Origin: Polyangiales bacterium
GTDB lineage: Bacteria; Myxococcota_A; Polyangia; Polyangiales; Ga0077539
Length of the DNA: 64,000 nucleotides
Assembly: GCA_044229975.1 (NCBI GenBank)
Contig: JBGARZ010000001.1
Location: 416,001 to 480,000, forward strand
Direction of reading: 5' to 3'
Below are positions 1 to 9,766 of the stretch, in pieces. Within the stretch, counting starts at the first letter, position 1; each line of letters opens with the position of its first letter. Made by a program: the position numbers and the translations under genes. The notes under the pieces were generated by a model that saw only the letters and a program-made list of their open reading frames with translations, had not been told where the DNA came from and ran no database searches.

Positions 1-199
1 CGTTGCGGCCGAAGCGCGGCGGATCGAGCGCGACGGCCGAGCGACCCGCGGCCAGCGCCGGATCGGCGACCACACCGTTGCCCGCAGGCACCACACCCGG
101 AGCCACGGTGCCCTGCGCCGACGCGCCCGTCTGCGCGAAGGCGCTGGTGGAGATCGACAACCCGCCTGCGACGACCAGCGCCGCGACCCGACCGTTCAT
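1..199 (-). CDS. Secreted protein, N-terminal part (runs off window)
   Basis: ATG at 199 preceded by AAGGA; MNGRVAALVVAGGLSISTSAFAQ resembles a signal peptide; frame open to window edge. Confidence 0.6.
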   Translation of the reverse strand, partial: MNGRVAALVVAGGLSISTSAFAQTGASAQGTVAPGVVPAGNGVVADPALAAGRSAVALDPPRFGRN

Positions 200-270
200 G
201 GATGTTTCCTTGTGGTGAGAGACCTGCGACCGACCCGCCGCGCGACTCTACACACGCGCCGTCGCCGCGA

Positions 271-822
271 TCAATGAGTGGTTGGTGACCCTTGGAGCGC
301 GTCGCTGATCGTGCGCCGCACCGTCTCGTCGCGCTCCACCCGCAGCCGCTCGGCCAGCAGTCCGCGCGCGGCCGGGTTGGTCGACCGCGCCAGCGCCCAC
401 GCCGCCCCGTCGCGCACCTCGACCCGCGCGTCGCCGAGAAACCCCCGCGCCGTCGCCACGTCGTTGCAGCCCACCACCAGCGCGTCGAGCGCCGCGCGCA
501 GCACGTAGAGCCCCTGCCCCGGCACCGTCGCCAGCGCCCGCAGGTACTCCTTCACGCCGGGCCGCGCGCCGAAGAGCCGCAGCGCGTACACCGCCCGCTG
601 CCGCACGTGGGGCGCCGCCGCCGGGTCGTTGCCGATGGCCATCAGCACCGCGGGCGTGTCGCTCCCCCACTGCCGCACCGTCGCGTCGTCGGGGGCCTGC
701 TCGATGCCGCTGAGCTCGTGCTCCATCTGGGCCCGGGTCACCTGCTGCGCCGCCGCGGGACACGCCACCACGCAGGTCGAGAGCAGCACCATCACGCCCA
801 GGATTCGTCGTCGCCGTGACAC
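271..822 (-). CDS. Exported HEAT-repeat protein
   Basis: Hydrophobic signal-like N-terminus; HEAT-like motifs VRQRAVYAL, VRDGAAWALA, DETVRRTISDAL. Confidence 0.7.
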   Translation of the reverse strand: MSRRRRILGVMVLLSTCVVACPAAAQQVTRAQMEHELSGIEQAPDDATVRQWGSDTPAVLMAIGNDPAAAPHVRQRAVYALRLFGARPGVKEYLRALATVPGQGLYVLRAALDALVVGCNDVATARGFLGDARVEVRDGAAWALARSTNPAARGLLAERLRVERDETVRRTISDALQGSPTTH

Positions 823-842
823 GGCCGGTACACTACACGCGG

Positions 843-1853
843 ATGTCTGCCCCCGTCACCACCGCGGGTCCCCGCCCGCTGACCGAGACCGTCGACGGCA
901 ACCGCTCGGTCGTCGTCGAGGAGACGTCCATCACGGTCCCCGGCGCGCAGCCGCTGGGGCTCGTTCGCAAGCGCCTCGCGGGCGCCGATCGCTCGACGCC
1001 GCTGCTTCTCGTCCACGGCTTCGGTCAGAACCGCCACGCCTTCGACCTCTCGCGCCGCAGCCTCGCCAACCACCTCGCGTCCGTCGGTCACGACGTCTTC
1101 GGCCTCGACCTCCGCGGCCATGGTCGCTCGCGCGAAGTCGGCTCCCGCCCCGCTGCGAGCCTCGACCCGTACATCGACGAAGACCTCCCCGCCGCGATGG
1201 ACGCCGTCGCCGCGCTCACCGGCCTCCCCCGCGTCATCCTCGTCGGCCACTCCGCCGGCGGAACCATCGCCTACGCCGTCACCGCCTCCCGCCCCGATCG
1301 GGTGCAGGCCGTGGTCACCCTCGCGACGCCGTACGCCTGGGGACGCGACGCGCTCATCGTCGACGTCGTCGCCCGCGCCGCTGCGCTCGTCGGGCGCGGC
1401 GACCGCGGGCACACCAGCTTCCCCATGGGCGCCGTGCGCGGAATGCTCCGCGCCACGCGACCGCTCTGGGACACGCACTGGCTCCCGCTCCCCATCCGCG
1501 CGTGGGACCCCGGCGGCTTCGAGCCCGACGTGCTCGCCGAGTACCTCGACCGATCGTTTGACCGCGCCAGCTTCGGCGAGCTCGCCCACCTCATCGACGG
1601 CCGCGCGCACTCCACCGATCACCCGGCCCGGGGCTTCACCGACGTCGACGTCCCGCTGCTCGTCGTCGCGGGCGCCCACGACACCCTCGCCCGCCCCGCC
1701 GCGGTGCGCCCCGCCTTCGACCGCAGCGTCTCTCGCGATCGCACCTTCGTCACGTTCCCCAACGGCCACGGGGACCTCGTGCTGGGCCGCAAGGCCCCCT
1801 CCCTCTTGTGGCCCACCCTGAGCCGATGGCTACAACGACGCGCCTCGCCCTGA
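843..1853 (+). CDS. Alpha/beta hydrolase
   Basis: LLLVHGFG, DLRGHGRS, nucleophile elbow GHSAG, GAHD and GH catalytic Asp/His motifs. Confidence 0.9.
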   Translation: MSAPVTTAGPRPLTETVDGNRSVVVEETSITVPGAQPLGLVRKRLAGADRSTPLLLVHGFGQNRHAFDLSRRSLANHLASVGHDVFGLDLRGHGRSREVGSRPAASLDPYIDEDLPAAMDAVAALTGLPRVILVGHSAGGTIAYAVTASRPDRVQAVVTLATPYAWGRDALIVDVVARAAALVGRGDRGHTSFPMGAVRGMLRATRPLWDTHWLPLPIRAWDPGGFEPDVLAEYLDRSFDRASFGELAHLIDGRAHSTDHPARGFTDVDVPLLVVAGAHDTLARPAAVRPAFDRSVSRDRTFVTFPNGHGDLVLGRKAPSLLWPTLSRWLQRRASP

Positions 1854-2827
1854 GCCTCCTCCTCGCCGCCAGCGCGGCCCACGCCACCGACGCCGACGAC
1901 GCCCTCGCCGCGCGCTGTCGACCCGACGGTCGACTGCTCCCCGCCGCCCGCGCCGCGCTCGCGGCCGAGGCCCCCACGCCCGACGAGCAGCGCGCGCGCA
2001 CCGAGGCCGCCGGGATGTTCGCGCCCACCGTCCACACCGTGGTGCTGCCCAGCAACGACCCCGCCGCGCTCGCCGCCGCCATCGACCGCGCCCGTCACGC
2101 GACGCTCCTCCCCCGCTGCGCCGTCGCCACCGACGGAACCCGCGTCGCCCTCGCCATCGCCCCGCGCGTCGTCGAGGTGCTCACCTCTCGCGACCATGGT
2201 GCCCTCACCGTGCGCGCCGCCCTTCCGCAGTCGGTCACCGACGCGCGTCTCGCCGCCACCGATGCCGACGGCGCCGTCACGGTGCTGCCCTTCGACGCCA
2301 CCGGGTCGGCGCTGCTCCCAGTGTCGCTCACACCCGCCACGCTCCAGGTCATCGCCACCCTCGGCGACGGACCCGTTCCGCTCGCGACGTGGCACCCGGC
2401 GCCGACGGCCGTTGCGCCCGCCGAGATGCTCACCGACGGCCGCGATCTGCTCGCCGCCATCAACCGCGAGCGCTCACGCCTCGGCGCGTCGGCCCTGCGC
2501 CGTGACCCGCTGCTCGACCGCGTCGCCGCGGCGCACGCGCGCAACCTGGCGTCGCGTGGTGTGCTGGTTCACCGCCCGACGCCCGACGATGGGCCCGTCG
2601 AGCGCCTCGCCCGCGCCCGCGTGGGCGCCGAGCGCGTCGCCGAAAACCTCGCGCGCGCCCAGACGCTCACCGACGCCCACGCCCGATGGATGGCCTCGCC
2701 GTCGCACCGCGCCAACGTGCTCGACCCGGCGCTCGACGCGCTCGGACTCGGCGTGGCCACGCGCGAAGGTGAGCTCTACGTGGTGGAGCTCTTCGCGACG
2801 CACCCGACGTTGTCCGCCGGGCCGTGA
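1826..2827 (+). CDS. Exported CAP/SCP-domain protein
   Basis: Signal peptide; C-terminal INRER...LDRVAAAHA...AENLA...WMASPSHRANVL CAP motifs. Confidence 0.85.
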   Translation: MATTTRLALSLLLAASAAHATDADDALAARCRPDGRLLPAARAALAAEAPTPDEQRARTEAAGMFAPTVHTVVLPSNDPAALAAAIDRARHATLLPRCAVATDGTRVALAIAPRVVEVLTSRDHGALTVRAALPQSVTDARLAATDADGAVTVLPFDATGSALLPVSLTPATLQVIATLGDGPVPLATWHPAPTAVAPAEMLTDGRDLLAAINRERSRLGASALRRDPLLDRVAAAHARNLASRGVLVHRPTPDDGPVERLARARVGAERVAENLARAQTLTDAHARWMASPSHRANVLDPALDALGLGVATREGELYVVELFATHPTLSAGP

Positions 2828-2855
2828 TGGGTGTTGTCGGGGGTTGGTAGCTGAC

Positions 2856-3134
2856 TCAGGCCGCGGCGGGAGCGTTGAGCTTGTGCACGGCGGCCGCGAG
2901 GCGGGAGACCCGGCGCGAGGCGGTGCCGCGGACGAGCACGCCCTTGGAGACGGCGCTGTCGAGGGCCGAGATGGCCGGGGTGAGCGCGGCCTTGGCGCCG
3001 GCGGCGTCGCCCTTGGCGATGAGCTCGCGGACGGTCTTCACCAACGAACGAAACTCGGTACGAACGCTCTTGTTGCGAGCGGTGCGCTTGATGGTCTGGC
3101 GGTTGCGCTTCTCGGCGGATGCATGATTGGCCAC
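2856..3134 (-). CDS. rpsT: 30S ribosomal protein S20
   Basis: MANHASAEKRNRQ...LDSAVSKGVL...ASRRVSRL; GTG start with GGAGG SD. Confidence 0.97.
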   Translation of the reverse strand: MANHASAEKRNRQTIKRTARNKSVRTEFRSLVKTVRELIAKGDAAGAKAALTPAISALDSAVSKGVLVRGTASRRVSRLAAAVHKLNAPAAA

Positions 3135-3279
3135 GAGGAATCCTCCACTAACTACGGTCGCAGGGCGGCGGAACCTACCGGCAGCGCACCGCCCGCGTCA
3201 AGGCACCCTCCGGCGCTCCTTCGAGGCCAGTGACCCATGGACCAGAACGGGGTCAGGCAATGTTCCGAGCCGAGGGAAT

Positions 3280-3305
3280 GGAACCTCTGCGCCTCGGCGT
3301 AGTCT
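3280..3305 (+). promoter_or_regulatory. Putative ECF-sigma promoter (GGAACC-N16-GTCT)
   Basis: GGAACC at 3280-3285, GTCT at 3302-3305, upstream of GGAG SD and the ORF at 3337. Confidence 0.35.
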
Positions 3306-3336
3306 CGAAGACCTGTAACGGAGGAGACAGACCACC

Positions 3337-4368
3337 ATGCGCGACACCCCTCTCCACGAGTCCCACCTGCTCGAAGCGGTTCGGAAGAAGGTCCTCACCA
3401 GCCAGCAGATGGAGGAGGTGCTGGCCATCGCCCGCTCCACCCCGGCCGGCGGCGCGGTCCGCGATGTCGGTTGGGCCACCGTGGTCCAGGGGCTCATCGC
3501 GGGCGCCGCGGTGATGGGCTCCGGCGTTGGGATCCTCATCGACGCCCACGACCACGGCGCCAACCTCGGCATGGCGGCCTACTCCGCCCTCGGCCTCGTC
3601 GCCTCCCTCCTCATCGGCCAGTACCTGCACCGCTTCTCGTGGGGTCGCGTCCCCGGCTCCATCGTCCGCGCGGGCGCCGCGGTGTGGTCCTTCGGCCTGG
3701 TGCTTGGGCTCCTCGGCGTCGTGATGCCGCTCGATCGTTACTCCGACGTGTACGACGGTCGCTTCGTCGGCGACTCCTTCCCACACCGACTCTGCATGGC
3801 CTTCGCAATCGCCAACTTCGCGTCCCTGCTGGTGGCGATGGGCCTCTGGCACTTCAAGCGATGCGCCCCCGCGCTCGGCATCGCCACCGTCCACGCCCTC
3901 ATGCTCACCCTCCCGGCCATGGAGGGAGCGAGCTCCAGGCAGGAGGCGCTCATCCTCCTCGGCGCAGGGGCAACCCTCTTCACCATGGTCTCCCTCAGCG
4001 ACCGCCTCTCTCGCGGGGCCGTCGACGGCGGGTTCTGGGTCTACCCCGCGGCGATGTTTCCGATGGGCGTCGCCGCCCTCCTCCGCATCGACCGCGAAGA
4101 GGGCGAGGTCTTCCTCTGGCTCCCCCTCGCGCTCTTCATGGGCGGCATCGCCTACGCCAACGGCCGCCGTTTTCCGCTGCTCTTCTCGGCCATCGCGATG
4201 GTGATCTTCCCCGCCTTCGCCCTCGCCGAGTCGCACGCCTCGTCCGGGGTCGTCATCGGCGCCCTCGTCGCGAGCGCCGCCGCCGTCGCCGCCGCGGTGC
4301 AGGCCATCCGCACCCGCGACCTCTCCCGCCCCGCCCCCGCGGGCGACCCGCCCTCCATCTGGGGCTGA
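3337..4368 (+). CDS. Multi-pass membrane protein of unknown function
   Basis: Roughly ten hydrophobic segments; GGAG SD; GC3-rich codons. Confidence 0.75.
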   Translation: MRDTPLHESHLLEAVRKKVLTSQQMEEVLAIARSTPAGGAVRDVGWATVVQGLIAGAAVMGSGVGILIDAHDHGANLGMAAYSALGLVASLLIGQYLHRFSWGRVPGSIVRAGAAVWSFGLVLGLLGVVMPLDRYSDVYDGRFVGDSFPHRLCMAFAIANFASLLVAMGLWHFKRCAPALGIATVHALMLTLPAMEGASSRQEALILLGAGATLFTMVSLSDRLSRGAVDGGFWVYPAAMFPMGVAALLRIDREEGEVFLWLPLALFMGGIAYANGRRFPLLFSAIAMVIFPAFALAESHASSGVVIGALVASAAAVAAAVQAIRTRDLSRPAPAGDPPSIWG

Positions 4369-4411
4369 CGCGCCACTCCTCGCCGCGCGCGTTGGGACTA
4401 TCGTCCCGCGC

Positions 4412-6403
4412 ATGATCGTCCTCCCCGCCGCCCTGCTCACCGACCGCGACGCCCTCACCGCCCGCGAATGGATCGTCGGCAACGGCCTCGGCGCCTACGC
4501 CGCGGGGACCGCCTCGGGCATCGCCACCCGCCGCTACCACGGCCTCCTCGTCGCCGCGATGTCGCCGCCGCGCGGCCGCCGCGTGCTCGTCACGCACCTC
4601 GACGAGACCCTCACGCTCCGCTACCTCCGCGCGCCGCTCAGCGCCCACGCCTTCCCCGGGACGGTCTCCCCCGAAGGCTGGAAGCACCTCGTCGAGTTCG
4701 CGGTCGACCCGCTGCCCCGCTGGCGCTGGCGCGTCGGCGAAGCCCTCCTCGAACGCACGGTCTGCATGGCGCGCGGGCACAACACCACCGTCGTCCGATA
4801 CACGCTCATCGAGGCACCCGGCGCGGTCGCGCTCACGGTGCGCCCCTTCGCGGCGTTTCGTGATTTCCATCACCACGCGAAGCAGAACCCCGAGGCCCGC
4901 ATCGCCGCCGTCCCCGTCGACCGTCCGGGCGCCATCGCGATCAAGCCCTACGAAGCCGGGCCCACCGTGCTGATGCAGGCGCCGGGTGTCTTTCACGCAT
5001 CGCCCGACTGGTGGCACGGGTTTCAGCACGAGCTCGAAGCAGCGCGCGGCCTCGACGCGAGCGAAGACCTCTTCACGCCGGGCGAGTACGTCCTCGCGCT
5101 CGCCCCCGGCGAGACCGCCCACGTCGTGATGACCGCCGAACACCGCCTGCCCGACGACGTCGCCGCCGTCGAGCCGCGGGAGATCGCCCGCCTCCGCGCG
5201 CTCTTGCCCGAGCGCCTCACGTCACCCGACGCGCAGCAGCTCTACCGCTCGGTCGACCTCTACCGCGCCGACCTCGCCCGCCCGCCCGCCGTCATCGCGG
5301 GCTATCCGTGGTTCGAGGATTGGGGTCGCGACACGCTCATCGCGTTCACGGGGCTGTACCTCGTGCCGGGGCGCTTCACCGAGGCGCGCGAGCTGCTCGC
5401 GGCCTTCGCGAAGTACGTCGACCACGGGATGCTGCCCAACCGCTTCCCCGACGACGGCGCGGGTCACGCCGACGACAACACCGTCGACGCGCCGATGTGG
5501 TTCCTGCACGCGGCGCGGCGGTTCGTGCAGTACACGAACGACTGGGACTTCGCGCGGCGCACGCTGGTCCCCGCGATGCGCGCCATCGTCGAGGGCTTTC
5601 GCCGCGGAACCAGGTACGGCATCCACCAGCGCCCCGACGGGCTCATCGCCGCGGGCGACGCGGGCACCCAGCTCACCTGGATGGACGCGCGCCAGGGCGA
5701 CACGGCGTTCACGCCACGACATGGCTGCCCGGTGGAGATCAACGCCCTCTGGCACGCGGGGCTCCGCTCGCTCGCGTGGCTCTGCGAGAAGACCGGCGAC
5801 GAGGGTTCTGCCGAGCGCTGGCGTCGCGAGGCCGAGCACGTCCGCGCCTCCTTCCGCGAGCTCTTCTGGAACGCCGACCGCGCCTACCTCTACGACGTCG
5901 TCCGCGACGATTTCCGCGACCCCTCGGTGCGCCCCAACGCCCTCTACGCCGTCGCGCTTCCGGGCGACCTGCTCCCCATCGAGCAGTGCGAAGCGGTGCT
6001 CAAGCGAGCGCGCGAAGATCTGCTGGTCCCGATGGCCGTCCGCACCCTCTCGCCGAAGGACCCGGCTTACCGGGGACGGTATGCGGGCGATCCGTGGTCA
6101 CGCGACTCAGCGTACCACCAGGGCACGGCGTGGCCCTTCCTGCTGGGCGCGTACACCGCCGCGGTGGTGCGCGTCGGGCGTCGTCGCGGGACGGAGGCCG
6201 AGGCGCGGGCCGAGGCGGCGAAGTGCTTCGAGGGGCTGTGGCCGGCGCTGACGGCGTACGGCCTCGGGCATCTGCCGGAGATCGTGGAGGGCGACGCGCC
6301 GCATCGCCCGGTGGGCTGCTTCGCGCAGGCGTGGTCGGACGCCGAGGCGCTGCGAGGACTGGTGGAAGACGTCGCGGGCGAAGGGCCCGCGGATGAGGTG
6401 TGA
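4412..6403 (+). CDS. Glycogen debranching enzyme (amylo-alpha-1,6-glucosidase family)
   Basis: REWIVGNGLG, TRRYHGLL, IAGYPWFEDWGRDT, LTWMDA, YHQGTAWP, GCFAQAWS motifs. Confidence 0.93.
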   Translation: MIVLPAALLTDRDALTAREWIVGNGLGAYAAGTASGIATRRYHGLLVAAMSPPRGRRVLVTHLDETLTLRYLRAPLSAHAFPGTVSPEGWKHLVEFAVDPLPRWRWRVGEALLERTVCMARGHNTTVVRYTLIEAPGAVALTVRPFAAFRDFHHHAKQNPEARIAAVPVDRPGAIAIKPYEAGPTVLMQAPGVFHASPDWWHGFQHELEAARGLDASEDLFTPGEYVLALAPGETAHVVMTAEHRLPDDVAAVEPREIARLRALLPERLTSPDAQQLYRSVDLYRADLARPPAVIAGYPWFEDWGRDTLIAFTGLYLVPGRFTEARELLAAFAKYVDHGMLPNRFPDDGAGHADDNTVDAPMWFLHAARRFVQYTNDWDFARRTLVPAMRAIVEGFRRGTRYGIHQRPDGLIAAGDAGTQLTWMDARQGDTAFTPRHGCPVEINALWHAGLRSLAWLCEKTGDEGSAERWRREAEHVRASFRELFWNADRAYLYDVVRDDFRDPSVRPNALYAVALPGDLLPIEQCEAVLKRAREDLLVPMAVRTLSPKDPAYRGRYAGDPWSRDSAYHQGTAWPFLLGAYTAAVVRVGRRRGTEAEARAEAAKCFEGLWPALTAYGLGHLPEIVEGDAPHRPVGCFAQAWSDAEALRGLVEDVAGEGPADEV

Positions 6404-6406
6404 CGC

Positions 6407-9097
6407 TCAGGTCGGCGTGAAGCGACCCGCCACGCTCGACACCACCGCGATCAGCTCGCGCGGATCGACGGGCTTGGCGATGTGGTGGTTGAAGCCCGAC
6501 GCCAGCGAGCGCGTGCGATCTTCCATGCGGGCGTAGGCGGTGAGCGCGATGGCGGGCGTGCGGCCGCCGCTCTCGACCGGGAGCGCGCGGAGCTTGCGGA
6601 TGAACACGTAGCCGTCTTCGCCGGGCATCCCGATGTCGGAGATGACGACGTCGGGGCGGGCGCTCGTCACGAGGGCGAGCGCCTCCGCGGCGCCGGAGGC
6701 GGAGAGCACGTCGGCGTCGCAGTGTTCGAGGATCGAGCTCACCAGATCGCGCACGTCCTCCTCGTCGTCGACCACGAGCACCTTGAGGCCCTCCAGCGTC
6801 GGCGGACACTCCAGGCCCGTCGCCTCGGCCGCGCTCGCAGTGCGCGGCAGCGGCGTTGGCACCCGCATGGGGGCGACCGGCAACCGCAGCGTGAACGTCG
6901 ACCCGTGGCCCAGGCCGTCGCTCTCGGCGAAGATGGTCCCGCCGTGGAGCTCGGCGAGGTGACGCGCGATCGCGAGCCCCAGCCCGAGGCCGCCGCGCAT
7001 GCGCGTCGACGAGGCGTCGGCCTGCCGGAAGCGCTCGAACACATGCGGAAGAAACTCTCGCGCGATGCCCTCGCCCGTGTCCGTCACCACCAGGTCGACG
7101 GACGAGTGAACGCGCTGCAACCGCACGTACACATGGCCTCCCTTCGGGGTGAACTTCACGGCGTTGGAGAGGAGGTTCCAGACGATCTGCTGGAGGCGGT
7201 TGGCGTCGCCGTAGAGGGCGCTCGCGTCGGGGTCGAGCACCGCGTGCAGCCGCACGTTGCGCGCGTCCGCCGCGGGCCGAACGGTCTCCATCGCGCCCTC
7301 CACCACGGCGACCATCTCCGTCGGGCCCACCTGGAGGCGAAGCTTGCCCGTGGCGATGCGGGACATGTCGAGCACGTCCTCGATGAGGTCGACCTGCGCG
7401 CGGGCGTTGCGCTCCACCGTCTCCAGCGCCCGCACCCGCTTCTCCTCGGACAGGACGCCGGTGCGTAACATCCGCGCCCAGCCGAGCACGGCGGTGATGG
7501 GCGTGCGCAGCTCGTGGCTCACGGTGGCGATGAAGTCGTCCTTCGCGCGGTCGGCGGCGAGCAGGCCCTCGTTGAGCCGGCGCAGCTCGGCGGAGCGGCG
7601 GGTGACCCCCGCGAGGATGCCGCGGCGGAGGTTGGACGCCGCCTCCACCTGCCAGTCCTCCCACGGCTTCGAGCGCCCGTGCACCTGCTCGCACCACAGC
7701 TCGAACGACCCGCGCGGGCTGAGCCGCGACACGCCGTCGCTCACCATCACCTGCTTGCGGGGGTCGCCCGCCCAGCGCACCTCGCGATCCGTCGCGGGGC
7801 GAAACCACAGGACGTAGTCGCCCTGCGCCCGCGCGATCGGCACCGCGAGCACCCCGGCCGCCACGTCGTCCCAGGTCGCCGCCTCGGGCATCAGCGACGC
7901 GAGGTGATCGGTCGCCATGACGTCGTCGTCCGCCCCCTGCTGGAGCCGCTTCACCAGCGCCAGCACCCGCGGCGCGTCGGGGGTAGAGCCCACGCAGGTC
8001 ACGCGCCCCTCGAAGACCACCGCCGCGCCGGCGGCCTCGGTCACCGCCGGGAGCACCGCCGTCGCGAGCCCCTCCACGAAGTCCGACGCCACGGCCATCG
8101 CCTCGACGAGCGACGACTCCCGCACCTGCGCCAGGCGACGACGGTCGGCCAGCAGCGCCGCCTCGCGCACCGCGACGTGCCACGACAGCGCCTGCCCCAG
8201 GTACTCGGAGGTCTCGCGCACCGTGAAGGGAACGGTCCTCGGCCCCGAGTAGTGGTGACACGCGACGAGCCCCCAGAGCTGCCCCTCTCGCATCAGCGAG
8301 ATCGACATGGACGCCGTGACCCCCATGTTGGTGAGGTACTCGATGTGGATGGGCGAGACGCTGCGCAGCACCGAGAAGCTGAGGTCGAGCGGCGCCCCCG
8401 TGGCGGGCACGAGCGAGGGCACGAGCGGCGACGGGACGTAGCGCACGTCGGCGATGAGACGCAGCCAGTTGAGGCTGTAGAGGCGCCGGGCCTGCGCAGG
8501 GATGTCCGACGCGGGGTAGTGGTGGCCGAGGAAGGTCTCGAGGTCGGCGCGGCGGGCCTCGGCGATGACCTCGCCGTTCCACTCGCGGTCGAAGCGGTAG
8601 ATCATCACGCGGTCGAAGCCGGTGATGGCCCGCACCTCCTCGGCCGCGATCTGGCAGAGGCCGAGCACGTCGGTGGTGCTCTGCATCCGCGTCACGCTCG
8701 CGCGCATCCGCGGGTGAAACCCGAGCCCGACCTCGTAGCGCGGTTCGAGCTCCACCACGACGTCGGAGCCGCCGCCGGGCCGGTGCAACACCGCGTCGAA
8801 CGCAACGCCCGATGGCAGCTCGACGGGCACGGGGTTGACCTCCCGCAGCGACTCCGCGGACGCCGCCGCGACGAGCCGCGCGCCCGACTCCGCCGTCAGC
8901 AGCGACGCCATCGGGCGACCGAGCACCGCCTCCGGGGACACGCCGAGGTGCGCCGCGACGCTCGCGCTCACCTGGCTGATCTCCAGCGACGCTCCCGCGC
9001 AGGCGAAGAGCACCCCGTGCGGCTGCACGGCCCCCGGGATGTGGATGGGTTCGCGCTCGCAGTTGGTCAGGTCGACGCGAAACGGCTCGTCCGTCAT
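6407..9097 (-). CDS. bphP: Bacteriophytochrome hybrid histidine kinase (PAS-GAF-PHY-HisKA-HATPase-REC)
   Basis: Chromophore Cys in LTNCEREPIHIPG, PASDIP, SPIHIEYL, PRGSF tongue motif, SHELRTP, GLGLGL, C-terminal receiver SDIGMP. Confidence 0.93.
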   Translation of the reverse strand: MTDEPFRVDLTNCEREPIHIPGAVQPHGVLFACAGASLEISQVSASVAAHLGVSPEAVLGRPMASLLTAESGARLVAAASAESLREVNPVPVELPSGVAFDAVLHRPGGGSDVVVELEPRYEVGLGFHPRMRASVTRMQSTTDVLGLCQIAAEEVRAITGFDRVMIYRFDREWNGEVIAEARRADLETFLGHHYPASDIPAQARRLYSLNWLRLIADVRYVPSPLVPSLVPATGAPLDLSFSVLRSVSPIHIEYLTNMGVTASMSISLMREGQLWGLVACHHYSGPRTVPFTVRETSEYLGQALSWHVAVREAALLADRRRLAQVRESSLVEAMAVASDFVEGLATAVLPAVTEAAGAAVVFEGRVTCVGSTPDAPRVLALVKRLQQGADDDVMATDHLASLMPEAATWDDVAAGVLAVPIARAQGDYVLWFRPATDREVRWAGDPRKQVMVSDGVSRLSPRGSFELWCEQVHGRSKPWEDWQVEAASNLRRGILAGVTRRSAELRRLNEGLLAADRAKDDFIATVSHELRTPITAVLGWARMLRTGVLSEEKRVRALETVERNARAQVDLIEDVLDMSRIATGKLRLQVGPTEMVAVVEGAMETVRPAADARNVRLHAVLDPDASALYGDANRLQQIVWNLLSNAVKFTPKGGHVYVRLQRVHSSVDLVVTDTGEGIAREFLPHVFERFRQADASSTRMRGGLGLGLAIARHLAELHGGTIFAESDGLGHGSTFTLRLPVAPMRVPTPLPRTASAAEATGLECPPTLEGLKVLVVDDEEDVRDLVSSILEHCDADVLSASGAAEALALVTSARPDVVISDIGMPGEDGYVFIRKLRALPVESGGRTPAIALTAYARMEDRTRSLASGFNHHIAKPVDPRELIAVVSSVAGRFTPT

Positions 9098-9708
9098 CGG
9101 GTCGCGCCCACCCGACGAAAGGCCCCCTCGAAGGCTTCGAAGGTCGCGTTGGCCGCGGCGATGAGCTCGCCTCTCCCGGTCGTCGAGAGGTCCTTCGCGA
9201 AGGCGCCGAGGCCTTCGAGGAAGGTCTTCCACCGAGGGCCCACCGCGTCGCCGTAGGCGCGGAGGTACGCCGTGCCTCGCGTCGGCGAGAGGCCCAGCGC
9301 CGGCTCGATGGCGCGCGCCAGCACCACCCCACCGAGCGTCGACCCTTCGAGCACATACGCGCAGCCAAAGCCCTGCGCCACGGTCGCGATCGCGGGCACC
9401 GGCGACTCCCCGCGCGGGGCGTCGTCGCCGAGCGCGCCGAGGTCGAGCGCCAACAGGTGAGACCGCCGCCGCTCGGGCGCGTCGGGCAACGCGGCCACCC
9501 AACCGGGGAGCTGTCCCAGCGCACGCTCCAGCGGGAACAGCACCTCCGCGCTGCCCCGCAAGAACGCCACGTAGCGAGCGAGGGAGAGCGACGGCCCCGT
9601 GAGGTCGAGCGCGGCGTCGAGGCGCGCGTGCTGCTCGCGCGTGGCCCCGCGGAGCGCCGCGAGGATGTCGTGATCGGGTGGCAGTGATGCGATGCGGGGG
9701 TTCATCAA
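9094..9708 (-). CDS. bphO: Biliverdin-producing heme oxygenase
   Basis: LRGATREQHARLD, YVLEGSTLGG, AANATF motifs; stop overlaps the phytochrome start. Confidence 0.92.
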   Translation of the reverse strand: MMNPRIASLPPDHDILAALRGATREQHARLDAALDLTGPSLSLARYVAFLRGSAEVLFPLERALGQLPGWVAALPDAPERRRSHLLALDLGALGDDAPRGESPVPAIATVAQGFGCAYVLEGSTLGGVVLARAIEPALGLSPTRGTAYLRAYGDAVGPRWKTFLEGLGAFAKDLSTTGRGELIAAANATFEAFEGAFRRVGATR

Positions 9709-9766
9709 CGTCGCTCGGGGTGCAGCGTGGAGCCGACGGGGGCCTACCGGAAGCCCACCGGGGTGG

